Below are positions 1 to 8,753 of a DNA stretch of 64,000 nt, piece by piece (within the stretch, counting starts at the first letter, position 1; every line of letters starts with the position of its first letter). Origin of the DNA: a virus. The notes beneath the pieces are model-generated. The model saw nothing but the letters and a program-made list of their open reading frames with translations. It was not told the origin of the DNA and made no database searches. The stretch lies in the IMG/VR virus record IMGVR_UViG_3300044974_000943. One strand, written 5' to 3'. A program made the translations under genes and the position numbers.

Positions 1-2407
1 TGGCGTAGTTATTTCATCTCAACCTTCATTCAGAGAATTTGTTGGGGCTTACTTTAGCTTTGACTTTGCGACTATCGCAATTGACGAATTTTTTGATATC
101 ACTTCGTACAGTTATATATCTCCAAGTGGTTTAGGACTAAGCTTCACAGGTTCAGTTTTATCAGGTTATATACCTGAAGTTTTTGATGGTAGTTTTAGCA
201 TCAGCATCACTAACAGCAATAGTATGGTGTCTTATTTTAGTTTTTCACTAGAAACTGTAATAGCAGACCCCTTTATTCTTGACTTACCACAACAATCAAA
301 CATAGCGGTATCACTTTCCACGTTAAAAGATGTAGATGACATACCTTACGGAATTTACACCGATAATTTTGGCAACATAACTAAATGGGAAGACTCACGC
401 CGATTACCTGATAAGCCTCTGTACGTCACCAGCACAGCCGATTCGGTCAACCAAATAACTTACAACGGTACGACCTCTTCCTTCATCACCAATAGTTCTC
501 TCAATCCTCGTTCACTCTCAGGCACTTCAGTCAATTGCAAAACCTTCATTTGGGTATATAAGCAGAAACAAACTGGTGAACGCTTCATGGCTAACGGCTT
601 TCCAGATATATTTGCCAATGGTGTTCTTTGGACTACAGGAACCAGTGATGATGTGTTTGGAACTACAGCTATAACGCAGTTGAACACAAAAGTCAACAAA
701 GTTGGGGTCAATACTTTTAATTATCGCCAACCCATAGAATACGGCGCAATCATCGCGGCTACTAATGCAACTTCTTCAATAGGCTTTAGTGGATTCTCTT
801 CTCAACTGAAAGGGGAACTACTGTATTTCATTGGTTGGTCTGTTGCATTGAGCGAAGCTGAACTAACCACCGCTACACACTTACTAGCCAACAAGTTTTT
901 TGATTCTACTTTACTGTTGTTTAACACTTCAACTGAGTTTAGATATAGCTCTGACGTTATTGTTAACCTCAACAAAAAGGTCACTGAAATTGCTGGCAAC
1001 GCAGTCAGCTATGAAATACTGGTCAACCACTACTCGGCAACAATAACTGGCAACGACCTCACCTTTACTTGCCCGACCGACGATTTTATCAGTTTCGCCA
1101 TCCGAGCCTACACAGCTACCGAGTCTGTCACTTTCAGTTTTAACGTCAGCATCACTTTACTTACTAATCAGCTTTACATCAACTTGAAAGGACTGCTTAA
1201 TACCTTCAGTTCATTTTTCATCGTCACACCTGAAACCGTTACACTATCAAGCGGTAACATACTCCAACTAGATGAATACAGAACAAATGGTCAAGAGCTT
1301 TTAGGAGTGAACGCAGTAAACTATACTACCCCAACTCAACTTGATGGACTACCTGCGGCTCGATTCAACATAGATGGCTCTTCGCACCTCGACTTTGGTA
1401 CTCCTAGCAGTAGTAGTGGTTACTGTTTCATCATGGCTTACATCCGCAAAGCAGGGCAGACTGGTACAGCTTTCCTATTTGGTCAGGATAGCAACAACAT
1501 TTTCAATTCTGGGAACAATGGAGAATTACTGGCAAATGACTTCTACGGGGACGTTTGGGCGAACGGTGCAGAAAGAGAGCGTGATTATGTGCTACCTGAA
1601 GAATCGCTAAGCGTAGTCATTTTCAACTCGACTGACCTAGTTACCATCAATTCCATTGCTAAGGACAGGGTGTTCGAGGACAGGAGTGTAAAAGGCAGTG
1701 TAGCCATGTTTTGTATTGTGGACTACAAGATTAGTCCAACTTCTTTTTCTGCCATCGAGCGAAGCATTCGCGACTACTACCAGCCAGCTAAAATAGTTAC
1801 GTTACTGAACTTCGATAGCAGCATCGTTGACCAGAGTTATCGCGCCAAGACCTTGAGTAGCAACATTTCGGTACTTGACACTGTGACCAAGAAGTTCGGA
1901 GCCGCCAGCTTCCCTATCGCCAAGAACAGTGTGCCAGCTTATGTGCAAATACCAAATGACTCAGACTTCTCTTTTCTGTCGGGCGATTTTACAATTGCGG
2001 GTTGGCTGCTTACTGACCAAGCTACTGATGGTGAGGTGGTTAACATCTACACACAACAAGGAATTTCGCTATTCTTTTCTACCGACCGATTGTACTTAGG
2101 GCGCTCTCTAATACTTGGGCTTGCTCTCTTTTCTGTCGTTTTGCCACTATCCTCGACTGTGTTCAATCACATTGCCCTAACAAGACAAAATGGAACAATG
2201 AGGTTGTATGTTGGTGGAGTTCGAGTATATGAAGCTGCTGATGACTACGAGTACCGTGACTGGAATACACCTGCACAAATAGGACAAGCCACTGCAATAA
2301 CTACAAGCGGCTTGAACATCAATTTGGATTCTTTTGTGGTATATCGAAGAATTTCGCTTTACAACGGCGCAAGCTTCTCGCCGCCTAGTAGTGCTTATGC
2401 AGTTTAG
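1..2407 (+). CDS. Large tail-fibre/structural protein with Ig-like segments and C-terminal LamG/ConA-like lectin domain (5'-truncated by window)
   Basis: Frame is open from nt 2 through the ORF-track ATG at 224. C-terminal LamG signature GDFTIAGW...FNHIALTRQNGTMRLYVGG...LDSFVVYR. Confidence 0.7.
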   Translation, partial: GVVISSQPSFREFVGAYFSFDFATIAIDEFFDITSYSYISPSGLGLSFTGSVLSGYIPEVFDGSFSISITNSNSMVSYFSFSLETVIADPFILDLPQQSNIAVSLSTLKDVDDIPYGIYTDNFGNITKWEDSRRLPDKPLYVTSTADSVNQITYNGTTSSFITNSSLNPRSLSGTSVNCKTFIWVYKQKQTGERFMANGFPDIFANGVLWTTGTSDDVFGTTAITQLNTKVNKVGVNTFNYRQPIEYGAIIAATNATSSIGFSGFSSQLKGELLYFIGWSVALSEAELTTATHLLANKFFDSTLLLFNTSTEFRYSSDVIVNLNKKVTEIAGNAVSYEILVNHYSATITGNDLTFTCPTDDFISFAIRAYTATESVTFSFNVSITLLTNQLYINLKGLLNTFSSFFIVTPETVTLSSGNILQLDEYRTNGQELLGVNAVNYTTPTQLDGLPAARFNIDGSSHLDFGTPSSSSGYCFIMAYIRKAGQTGTAFLFGQDSNNIFNSGNNGELLANDFYGDVWANGAERERDYVLPEESLSVVIFNSTDLVTINSIAKDRVFEDRSVKGSVAMFCIVDYKISPTSFSAIERSIRDYYQPAKIVTLLNFDSSIVDQSYRAKTLSSNISVLDTVTKKFGAASFPIAKNSVPAYVQIPNDSDFSFLSGDFTIAGWLLTDQATDGEVVNIYTQQGISLFFSTDRLYLGRSLILGLALFSVVLPLSSTVFNHIALTRQNGTMRLYVGGVRVYEAADDYEYRDWNTPAQIGQATAITTSGLNINLDSFVVYRRISLYNGASFSPPSSAYAV

Positions 2408-2961
2408 TTAAGGTCTAGTACACCTGAAAATTGACTCAAATAATTGCTTGGGTCAAGTTCATCGAGTTCGCCCTTTCGCTTCATTTCCCGTTCGCGTAAG
2501 AACTTCTCACGTTTAGTTTGCAATTCCTTCATGTAATTGTCAGACTTTTCTAGTGTCTTGAGTTCGGCTGGTGTGGCTGTACCGTGATGTCTGCGAATTT
2601 CATACAAGAAGACATTGGAGTGCCTGAACTTCAAATATAGCTGCTGCTTGGTCTTGTCTTCGCTCCTGTAAGCTTTCTTTCGGAGCAGTACCAATTTACC
2701 TAACCCAAAAATGTCAATGGTCGAAGTTTCATCAGCACATAGTTGAGCCTTAGCCGCCTTGGTAATCTCGCGAAGTGTTTGGTAGACAAATGCTGGAGTT
2801 AGAAAATGTCCTGAATCTGGAAATCGCTCAAGTAAATTGGCATGAGCTTGAAAAACATAGGCAGGAATGTGCTTGCGCGTCTTCTTGGTGACATTAATGA
2901 GGTCTTTCTCTTTCTGCTTCCTTACGGTATCGACGTAAGGTTCTGGTGTAGGTTGTGACAT
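2404..2961 (-). CDS. HU/IHF-like DNA-binding protein
   Basis: IDIFGLGKLVLLRKKAYR...LYLKFRHS resembles the HU/IHF beta-arm signature (I-x-G-F-G...R...F); basic protein. Confidence 0.5.
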   Translation of the reverse strand: MSQPTPEPYVDTVRKQKEKDLINVTKKTRKHIPAYVFQAHANLLERFPDSGHFLTPAFVYQTLREITKAAKAQLCADETSTIDIFGLGKLVLLRKKAYRSEDKTKQQLYLKFRHSNVFLYEIRRHHGTATPAELKTLEKSDNYMKELQTKREKFLREREMKRKGELDELDPSNYLSQFSGVLDLN

Positions 2962-2962
2962 A

Positions 2963-2997
2963 GTGTTAAGATATACATATCAATTTCATCTTAGCAC
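2963..2997. promoter_or_regulatory. Face-to-face extended -10 promoters serving the divergent genes
   Basis: TGTTAAGAT (+, 2964-2972) and TGCTAAGAT (-, 2988-2996) form an imperfect inverted repeat in the 37-bp gap. Confidence 0.5.
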
Positions 2998-2998
2998 C

Positions 2999-4594
2999 AT
3001 GCGAAAACAGTCCAATAGCTTCAAAGAGTTCAAGACCCAAGAGTATTTCAAAGCACTAGCCGAATCAGTGTTGCAAGTTCGTAGAGCAATTAATAGCGAC
3101 TTTGCCAAGAACACCTTTGTGGATGAATTAGCTAAATGGATTGCCAAATCTAATGTAAGTATCTATGAAGTACCAGACAAGCTCTACGAACGTTTTGCAG
3201 AAAAGAATGTGAGTGATATCACTAACAAGTATTTTGCTAAGGTGCAGGTCGAGTTCGGTAAAGTTCTGACTACCAATTTTGAGTCGATGATTAAGTTGGC
3301 GCTTAGACATCAGATGTACGACTATTTGTACGAGTATGGCGATGATGATATTCGCAAGTACTTTGACACGCAGGTGATAACTGAAGATACCAAAGAGCTA
3401 TCAGCAGAGTTTGCAGCCAATGATGACTACGGGCAAAATATGCAAAATCGAGCCAGATACGCGCTTACCAAAAAAGCTGTTCAGAACTTATTAAACCAAC
3501 GAGCAGAGCAGACCAATATCAACGAAGTAGCCAAAATCCAAGAGCGCGTCAAGATAGCGGATGAAGTGTCGCGCAATGTCTATATGCTCAACAAAATAAG
3601 CGATAGCACAAACAGCGCCAAAGCTGCCATGATGAACTTCTTGTACGGTAGTAGTGATGAGAAACAGAACTTTATATCGAGTAACTACCTTGGTAAGCGT
3701 CGTAGAGTATTACAAGCATCTTACTCAGCCGAAAGCAATGCAAATATCCGTAAGGCAGTGGCAATATTTCTAGCTGCCAACCGAGAGTACATCACTAACA
3801 TCAAGTCCCAACGCAACAAGTACGAATACGACCTCAACCTTCTCAAAGTACGAATTAGGAACATTATCAACAAAGACACACAAGGCTTGCAAGGGGCATT
3901 TAAGCAGCAGTCACCCGATGTAATCGTGAAGACCGAGTTGGCAATTGCATACAACTTCGGTAAGGTAGCAGCATTTGGTGGTAAGGCAGACAGATACAAG
4001 CGCTTTAGATGGAATGTAGACCGAGAGTACGCATTGATTAGCCGATATAAAAGATTAGCAAGTGGAAGCAAAAGAACTGACCCAGTACCTTGTGAAGATT
4101 GTGAACTTCAAGATGGTCTTGAGTACTACTTGTTTGAGATAATTGAAAACCAAAGAAATAGCGGAGATGTTATTAATTATAAAGCTGGAAACCCTACCGT
4201 ATGGCGCAATTCAGCTAGACCTATTTTGCCCCTGCATCCGATGTGCCAATGTTTTTGGTCGCTCTCTGAAGATATTGATGAAGAAGATTTTGACCCCAAG
4301 AAACAGCCTCCGAATCGACCACCTCAAGGCGGCTTAGGTACACCAATTAAGATTGCTATCGCCGCTACTGCATTTGTCGCTGGACTCGCACTACTAGCAT
4401 CTAACAAATCACTAGGTAATGCGACTGCCAAAGCCATTTACTCAACATTCACAACGCCTCGATTACCTATACCAGATGCAGCCAACTTGCCTCGTATAGT
4501 AGAGTCAGGACTAGAAGCACTCAACTTTGTTGGGGCAGAAAAGAATATAGTAAATAAGGTAGCTAAAAGTGTCCAAATCATCAATCGCGTTTAA
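2999..4594 (+). CDS. MuF / SPP1 gp7-like head morphogenesis (minor head) protein with C-terminal hydrophobic extension
   Basis: IVKTELAIAYN...RFRW...CEDC...DG...PILPLHPMCQC matches the MuF RTE...C-x-x-C...P-x-HP-x-C-x-C pattern. ATG 2999 preferred over GTG 2963. Confidence 0.75.
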   Translation: MRKQSNSFKEFKTQEYFKALAESVLQVRRAINSDFAKNTFVDELAKWIAKSNVSIYEVPDKLYERFAEKNVSDITNKYFAKVQVEFGKVLTTNFESMIKLALRHQMYDYLYEYGDDDIRKYFDTQVITEDTKELSAEFAANDDYGQNMQNRARYALTKKAVQNLLNQRAEQTNINEVAKIQERVKIADEVSRNVYMLNKISDSTNSAKAAMMNFLYGSSDEKQNFISSNYLGKRRRVLQASYSAESNANIRKAVAIFLAANREYITNIKSQRNKYEYDLNLLKVRIRNIINKDTQGLQGAFKQQSPDVIVKTELAIAYNFGKVAAFGGKADRYKRFRWNVDREYALISRYKRLASGSKRTDPVPCEDCELQDGLEYYLFEIIENQRNSGDVINYKAGNPTVWRNSARPILPLHPMCQCFWSLSEDIDEEDFDPKKQPPNRPPQGGLGTPIKIAIAATAFVAGLALLASNKSLGNATAKAIYSTFTTPRLPIPDAANLPRIVESGLEALNFVGAEKNIVNKVAKSVQIINRV

Positions 4595-4702
4595 TGTAGC
4601 GCTCGTTCTATTCATAATTCTAGTCTTCCCTCCTACATCTGATAGAATTAACATATTGAGAGTTCTATATTCCTTTTTCGACATACTTTTACATTTACAC
4701 AG

Positions 4703-5338
4703 ATGACCACTAAACAACCACAACAAGCTGAATTTATGTTTGAGGGGCTTCAGGCTCTTCAACACGTAGACATTCCTTCCGCTTTTGATGCAGCAAAACA
4801 CGCAGGTTATAACCTTATTTATGGCTATAAACCTAGCTTTGGTGATTTGAGTGCGCTTCCTATAGCTATGAACGCCACTAACTTCCCTAAATGGGCAAAG
4901 ACAGCTAAAGATACCTTTCAAGCCAATGCAGGAGATAAATTGCCTCAACGTGTTGCCAAAGCAGCACTTGAAACTGGGGGTCAAGTATTACGCGACAGTG
5001 AAGGTTGGGGAAATCCTATTGCAGATGGAATGTCTGCAACTTATCGGAATGTCCGAGGAGTTTACGATAAGCAAAAGGAACTTGGTCGTAAGTTAACACC
5101 AAGAGAAATTATGAGTGAGTCTGGTAAAGCTGCGTTACAAACAGCCAAGGCTCAAATAGTAACTAGACCTAAGTTTTATTTTCATGATGCTCCTAAGATG
5201 GGTTTAGCTGCTATAAAAGAAGCTAAACCTAAAATTGGTGAGGCGTTATCTAAACTTCGTCAAGCTTTACCTAGTCGTAGAGGTGTACCACAATTAGCTT
5301 CTATGTCAACTTCGTTCAAACACTTTAAGAATTTTTAG
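4703..5338 (+). CDS. Putative internal head (cargo) protein
   Basis: Starts KQPQQAEF (same as the internal KPQQQAEF of 10839..12875) and ends FKHFKNF; lies in the head module. Confidence 0.5.
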   Translation: MTTKQPQQAEFMFEGLQALQHVDIPSAFDAAKHAGYNLIYGYKPSFGDLSALPIAMNATNFPKWAKTAKDTFQANAGDKLPQRVAKAALETGGQVLRDSEGWGNPIADGMSATYRNVRGVYDKQKELGRKLTPREIMSESGKAALQTAKAQIVTRPKFYFHDAPKMGLAAIKEAKPKIGEALSKLRQALPSRRGVPQLASMSTSFKHFKNF

Positions 5339-5570
5339 CTTTGTTTAAGTCAGAGTTCATAAAAAAATAAGTTATTGGCTTTTCATAATACGCACTGAAA
5401 GCGGCTAACTCAAATGCACTGATTGTTTTTACCCCACGTTCAATCTCACTAACAACATCTTGCCCAAAAGAAAAATCTGCGGCAACACTTGCCTGAGATT
5501 TGTTCTTGGCTTTACGAAGGCGGCGTAGCTTATCCCCGACTTGCTGGTTAAAGAGTGACTTGTCGTTCAT
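5325..5570 (-). CDS. XRE/Cro-CI family HTH transcriptional regulator
   Basis: VGDKLRRLRKAKNKSQASVA...QDVVSEIERG...YEKPITYFF is a classic HTH_3 pattern. Confidence 0.85.
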   Translation of the reverse strand: MNDKSLFNQQVGDKLRRLRKAKNKSQASVAADFSFGQDVVSEIERGVKTISAFELAAFSAYYEKPITYFFMNSDLNKAKNS

Positions 5571-5592
5571 GTTACGATAATACTTATATAGT

Positions 5593-5599
5593 TATGATA
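5593..5599. promoter_or_regulatory. Overlapping bidirectional -10 elements between XRE regulator and protease
   Basis: TATGAT (+, 5593-5598) overlaps TATCAT (-, 5594-5599) in a 44-bp divergent gap. Confidence 0.4.
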
Positions 5600-5614
5600 G
5601 CGCATTAGCTAACA

Positions 5615-6637
5615 ATGAAAAAAACCTCACCTAATATTGCTTATTTTAAAGCCCCAGCATCAAGAGCCAACTTTGAGTTGGGGCAGGTGTTGGTTTCTGG
5701 CACTCCTATTAAAGACGAGTACACGGCTCTTGTAGCCACTGAAGGCAAGTTTACTGATAGTACTGATGTTGAACATGATTTCAGTGTTGAACGTCTCAAT
5801 ACAATTGTCGAACATACTAACCGAGCTATCGATAGCGGCACAGTTGTACCTGTTTGTGCTGACCACAAAAAAGATATTCCAAATACCATTGGAAGCATTA
5901 ACGGAAGAGCATTCACAAAAGTAATTACGGAAGCAGATTTACCGAACCAAAATTCCAAGCATTTAGTAGGTAAGCTTGGAATGTTCTTATCTGGTGTTAA
6001 GGTTGCAGCAGCTAAAGGTATCGAAGCGTTGCGTAGTGGCGTTAAAAGTGTGAGCATGGGACTTAACCTTGACCCTAACGAACATCGCATCATGGAACTC
6101 AGCCTAGTGCCAATCCCCGCAATTCCCAACATGGGACTATTTCACAAGAAGGTAAGCAAAGCAATGACCGCTAACTTTTCAGGTATTCCTGATAGCGGAA
6201 ATGCGGTAACTTGGGACGAGCTTGATGCTAATGACCAAGCAATTGACGACCTTCAAGACGAATACAACGAAATTTGCCAGAAATTGTGGCTCTTGCTCAA
6301 AAATGCCTATGACAACGATGCGATTAATATCGACAGTCCTGAAGTCTTGTTACAGTTGATTTACTCTCAATTGAATGGCTTCAGTGTCAAGATTATCGAA
6401 CTACTCGGTTTGACCCAGTTGATGCAACAAATGAACCAGCAAGCACAGGCTGGCGTAATGACTCAGCAAGACCAAGCAGCACAAACTCAGTCTCAATTAC
6501 AAGGCGGTGCTGAGAGTGGTATGACGATTCCACAACTACAACAACAAACCACATACAAACGTGGTACTAACAAGCTGGCTCAGTTCAATTTATCGACGAC
6601 TGGTAAGAAGTATGTACGAGGCACAGCTAAATGCTAA
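5615..6637 (+). CDS. Prohead maturation serine protease (HK97/Mu-I-like, assemblin fold)
   Basis: ADH...IG...SVSMG...MELSLVPIPA matches the H...S...E-x-S-x-V-x-x-PA pattern of caudoviral prohead proteases; upstream of scaffold and capsid genes. Confidence 0.8.
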   Translation: MKKTSPNIAYFKAPASRANFELGQVLVSGTPIKDEYTALVATEGKFTDSTDVEHDFSVERLNTIVEHTNRAIDSGTVVPVCADHKKDIPNTIGSINGRAFTKVITEADLPNQNSKHLVGKLGMFLSGVKVAAAKGIEALRSGVKSVSMGLNLDPNEHRIMELSLVPIPAIPNMGLFHKKVSKAMTANFSGIPDSGNAVTWDELDANDQAIDDLQDEYNEICQKLWLLLKNAYDNDAINIDSPEVLLQLIYSQLNGFSVKIIELLGLTQLMQQMNQQAQAGVMTQQDQAAQTQSQLQGGAESGMTIPQLQQQTTYKRGTNKLAQFNLSTTGKKYVRGTAKC

Positions 6638-8025
6638 GTTTGAAAGCAGAGTTTGCACCCCAGCAGCAGTTCACAGGTCAAACTCGTAGCGGCAGAGTAA
6701 CTTGGGGAGATACTAGAACTCCTCGTAAAGCTGGTAGCGGTGGTCTACGCGGTAAGTCTCGTCAGGAGCAGCTAAGTGAAGAGGCTGTAATGAAAGTCAG
6801 GGCTAAAGTAGCTGGCGAACGCGAAAGACGGGCTTCTGAGCCTCCTAAAGCACCACCTCTTACAGATACCGAGCGTGGTACAGCTAAAGGGGCAGAAGTA
6901 ACTGCTAAAAAAGCTAAAGTTGCGGCAGATGAAAAAGATGCCTTATATGAAAAATATGGGGGAAAGCAGTCAGGCAACGCTGGTGGCGGATTTAATATCC
7001 CATTAGTTACACCTGCTGCCACTGCTGTTGGCAATACAATTCGAGATAAGGTTATTAACCCTGTCGCTAGAGGTCTTATTGATAGAGATATGACTCCAAG
7101 CGAAATCAGAGGTACTCTAGCCTTTGGAACGTTATTTCCAGCAGTAGTGGGCGGATTAGCTTATGGTCAATATAAAAACAAGAAGGCTGAGAAAGAAAAA
7201 CAAGCTCAGGCTCAAGCTCATCGCGACAAAGTTGCCGAAATAATTGCAAAAAGGAATCTACTATTGGAACAACGTCAAGCGCAAGCCCAACAACCTCAAA
7301 CTCAGGTGAGAGTGCCATACAACTTTTTTAGTGCTGCCCCTTTAGTTACACCAGCCAACTTCGCATTTCCTAAGATTGGTGTTCGTAACCCTTTCTTCAT
7401 TAAAAAAGAAAAAGCACTTCCACTTGCTGCAATCGGAGGTACATTAGTTGCTGGGTATGGTTTGCTATCTAAGCTCAACAAACAAAGAGCGCTTGATGCC
7501 TACAAGGTAAATAGCCTTAAAGATAAGAATGCTCAAGATTTTGCAGCTAATTATTTTGATAGTCCTCAATACCATGCAGACAACTTGATTCGCGAAGCTG
7601 CTAATATTACTGGTAATCCTTTGCTGCAAGGTATTACGGATAATCCTCTTGACAGGCTTACTCCAGCCCAGCAAGCTGAAGTGCAGAAAAGGAGAGGCAC
7701 TGCCCGATATTCTAGAGGCGCAGACAAGGTTGCAAACTTTTTTGACCCACTAATTACCCCAAGCTTAGCTATTGGAGGTACACTTTACGGTATCTACAAC
7801 AAGAAAAAAGCTGCCGACCAACAAGAAGAAGTATTTGAAGCTCAGAAATTAGCTGCTCTTGGCTCAATTAAAGATAGGTCGTTGCGTCAACAACTTTTGG
7901 CAAAAGCTCAAGGGCAGTTCATTGATGAAGATTCTAAAAATCGAATCATCGACTCAGCTTTGAATGGCGATGTTCGCTCTGTACTGCGAACAGGTTTGAA
8001 AAAAGTTAATTGGGATGCACTATAA
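6631..8025 (+). CDS. Putative multi-module internal head polyprotein with hydrophobic Gly/Ala helices
   Basis: Begins KAEF; internal PANF and VANF. Three hydrophobic segments (FPAVVGGLAYG, LAAIGGTLVAGYGLL, LAIGGTLYGIY), each followed by a basic/Q-rich helix. Confidence 0.55.
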   Translation: MLSLKAEFAPQQQFTGQTRSGRVTWGDTRTPRKAGSGGLRGKSRQEQLSEEAVMKVRAKVAGERERRASEPPKAPPLTDTERGTAKGAEVTAKKAKVAADEKDALYEKYGGKQSGNAGGGFNIPLVTPAATAVGNTIRDKVINPVARGLIDRDMTPSEIRGTLAFGTLFPAVVGGLAYGQYKNKKAEKEKQAQAQAHRDKVAEIIAKRNLLLEQRQAQAQQPQTQVRVPYNFFSAAPLVTPANFAFPKIGVRNPFFIKKEKALPLAAIGGTLVAGYGLLSKLNKQRALDAYKVNSLKDKNAQDFAANYFDSPQYHADNLIREAANITGNPLLQGITDNPLDRLTPAQQAEVQKRRGTARYSRGADKVANFFDPLITPSLAIGGTLYGIYNKKKAADQQEEVFEAQKLAALGSIKDRSLRQQLLAKAQGQFIDEDSKNRIIDSALNGDVRSVLRTGLKKVNWDAL

Positions 8026-8026
8026 C

Positions 8027-8752
8027 ATGAGACATTTTGTAAATTTCGGAATTATTAACAACATTAAGAACTCTACTGGCAAGCAACGTTTAGGTGCTGG
8101 TGCTGGCTTACTCGGATTGGCTGCTGCTGGTGGATATGCTGGCTATAGGGCGCTTAAGGGCGAACCTCTAGACTTTGGAGGTATTCAGGCTTCAGTTGTA
8201 ACTCCTCCTGAAGACTTTGATAAAGGGGGCTTTGATTTTAAAGATATCCCTCAAAACTTAAGAGGTGGTTCAGCTACTTCCCTTAAAGAGTGGACAGAAG
8301 ATAGATTTGGTAATCCAGTTTCTAGCTACCCTCAAGCTGAGGGCATGGGGGGTGGTACGGACATTTACCAAAATCTTCGTGGCACTGTTCAAAAGGTATA
8401 CAGAGATAGACCTAACACACCTAGAGACAATATCTATGATGCCATCCGCAATCCTGACTTAAGAGGGCAGCAATTTGCGGAGACGGGTGAAAGAATTAAA
8501 ACTGTGGCTGGTAATTTGGGTAGGGGTGTTCAGTCAGGTATTGGCAATACTTACAACTACCTCAAAGAAAATGCAAGACCTGATTTTCGAGAAAATTTTA
8601 GAGTTAAACCAGAGGAGTACTTAAGCGGCAAGTATAAATTAGATGATTTGTCAAGCAAAGACCTATTGAATATTTACAAACAAGTTCAAGGTAGGGAAGG
8701 CGCTGAAACAATTTTAGATAAGGCTATAGCCAGAAGAGGTTTAGGTCTGTAA
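8027..8752 (+). CDS. Putative internal head protein with MRHFVNF leader and glycine-zipper helix
   Basis: ATG 8027 follows the upstream stop (8025). MRHFVNF is followed by LGAGAGLLGLAAAGGYAGY. Confidence 0.55.
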   Translation: MRHFVNFGIINNIKNSTGKQRLGAGAGLLGLAAAGGYAGYRALKGEPLDFGGIQASVVTPPEDFDKGGFDFKDIPQNLRGGSATSLKEWTEDRFGNPVSSYPQAEGMGGGTDIYQNLRGTVQKVYRDRPNTPRDNIYDAIRNPDLRGQQFAETGERIKTVAGNLGRGVQSGIGNTYNYLKENARPDFRENFRVKPEEYLSGKYKLDDLSSKDLLNIYKQVQGREGAETILDKAIARRGLGL

Positions 8753-8753
8753 T

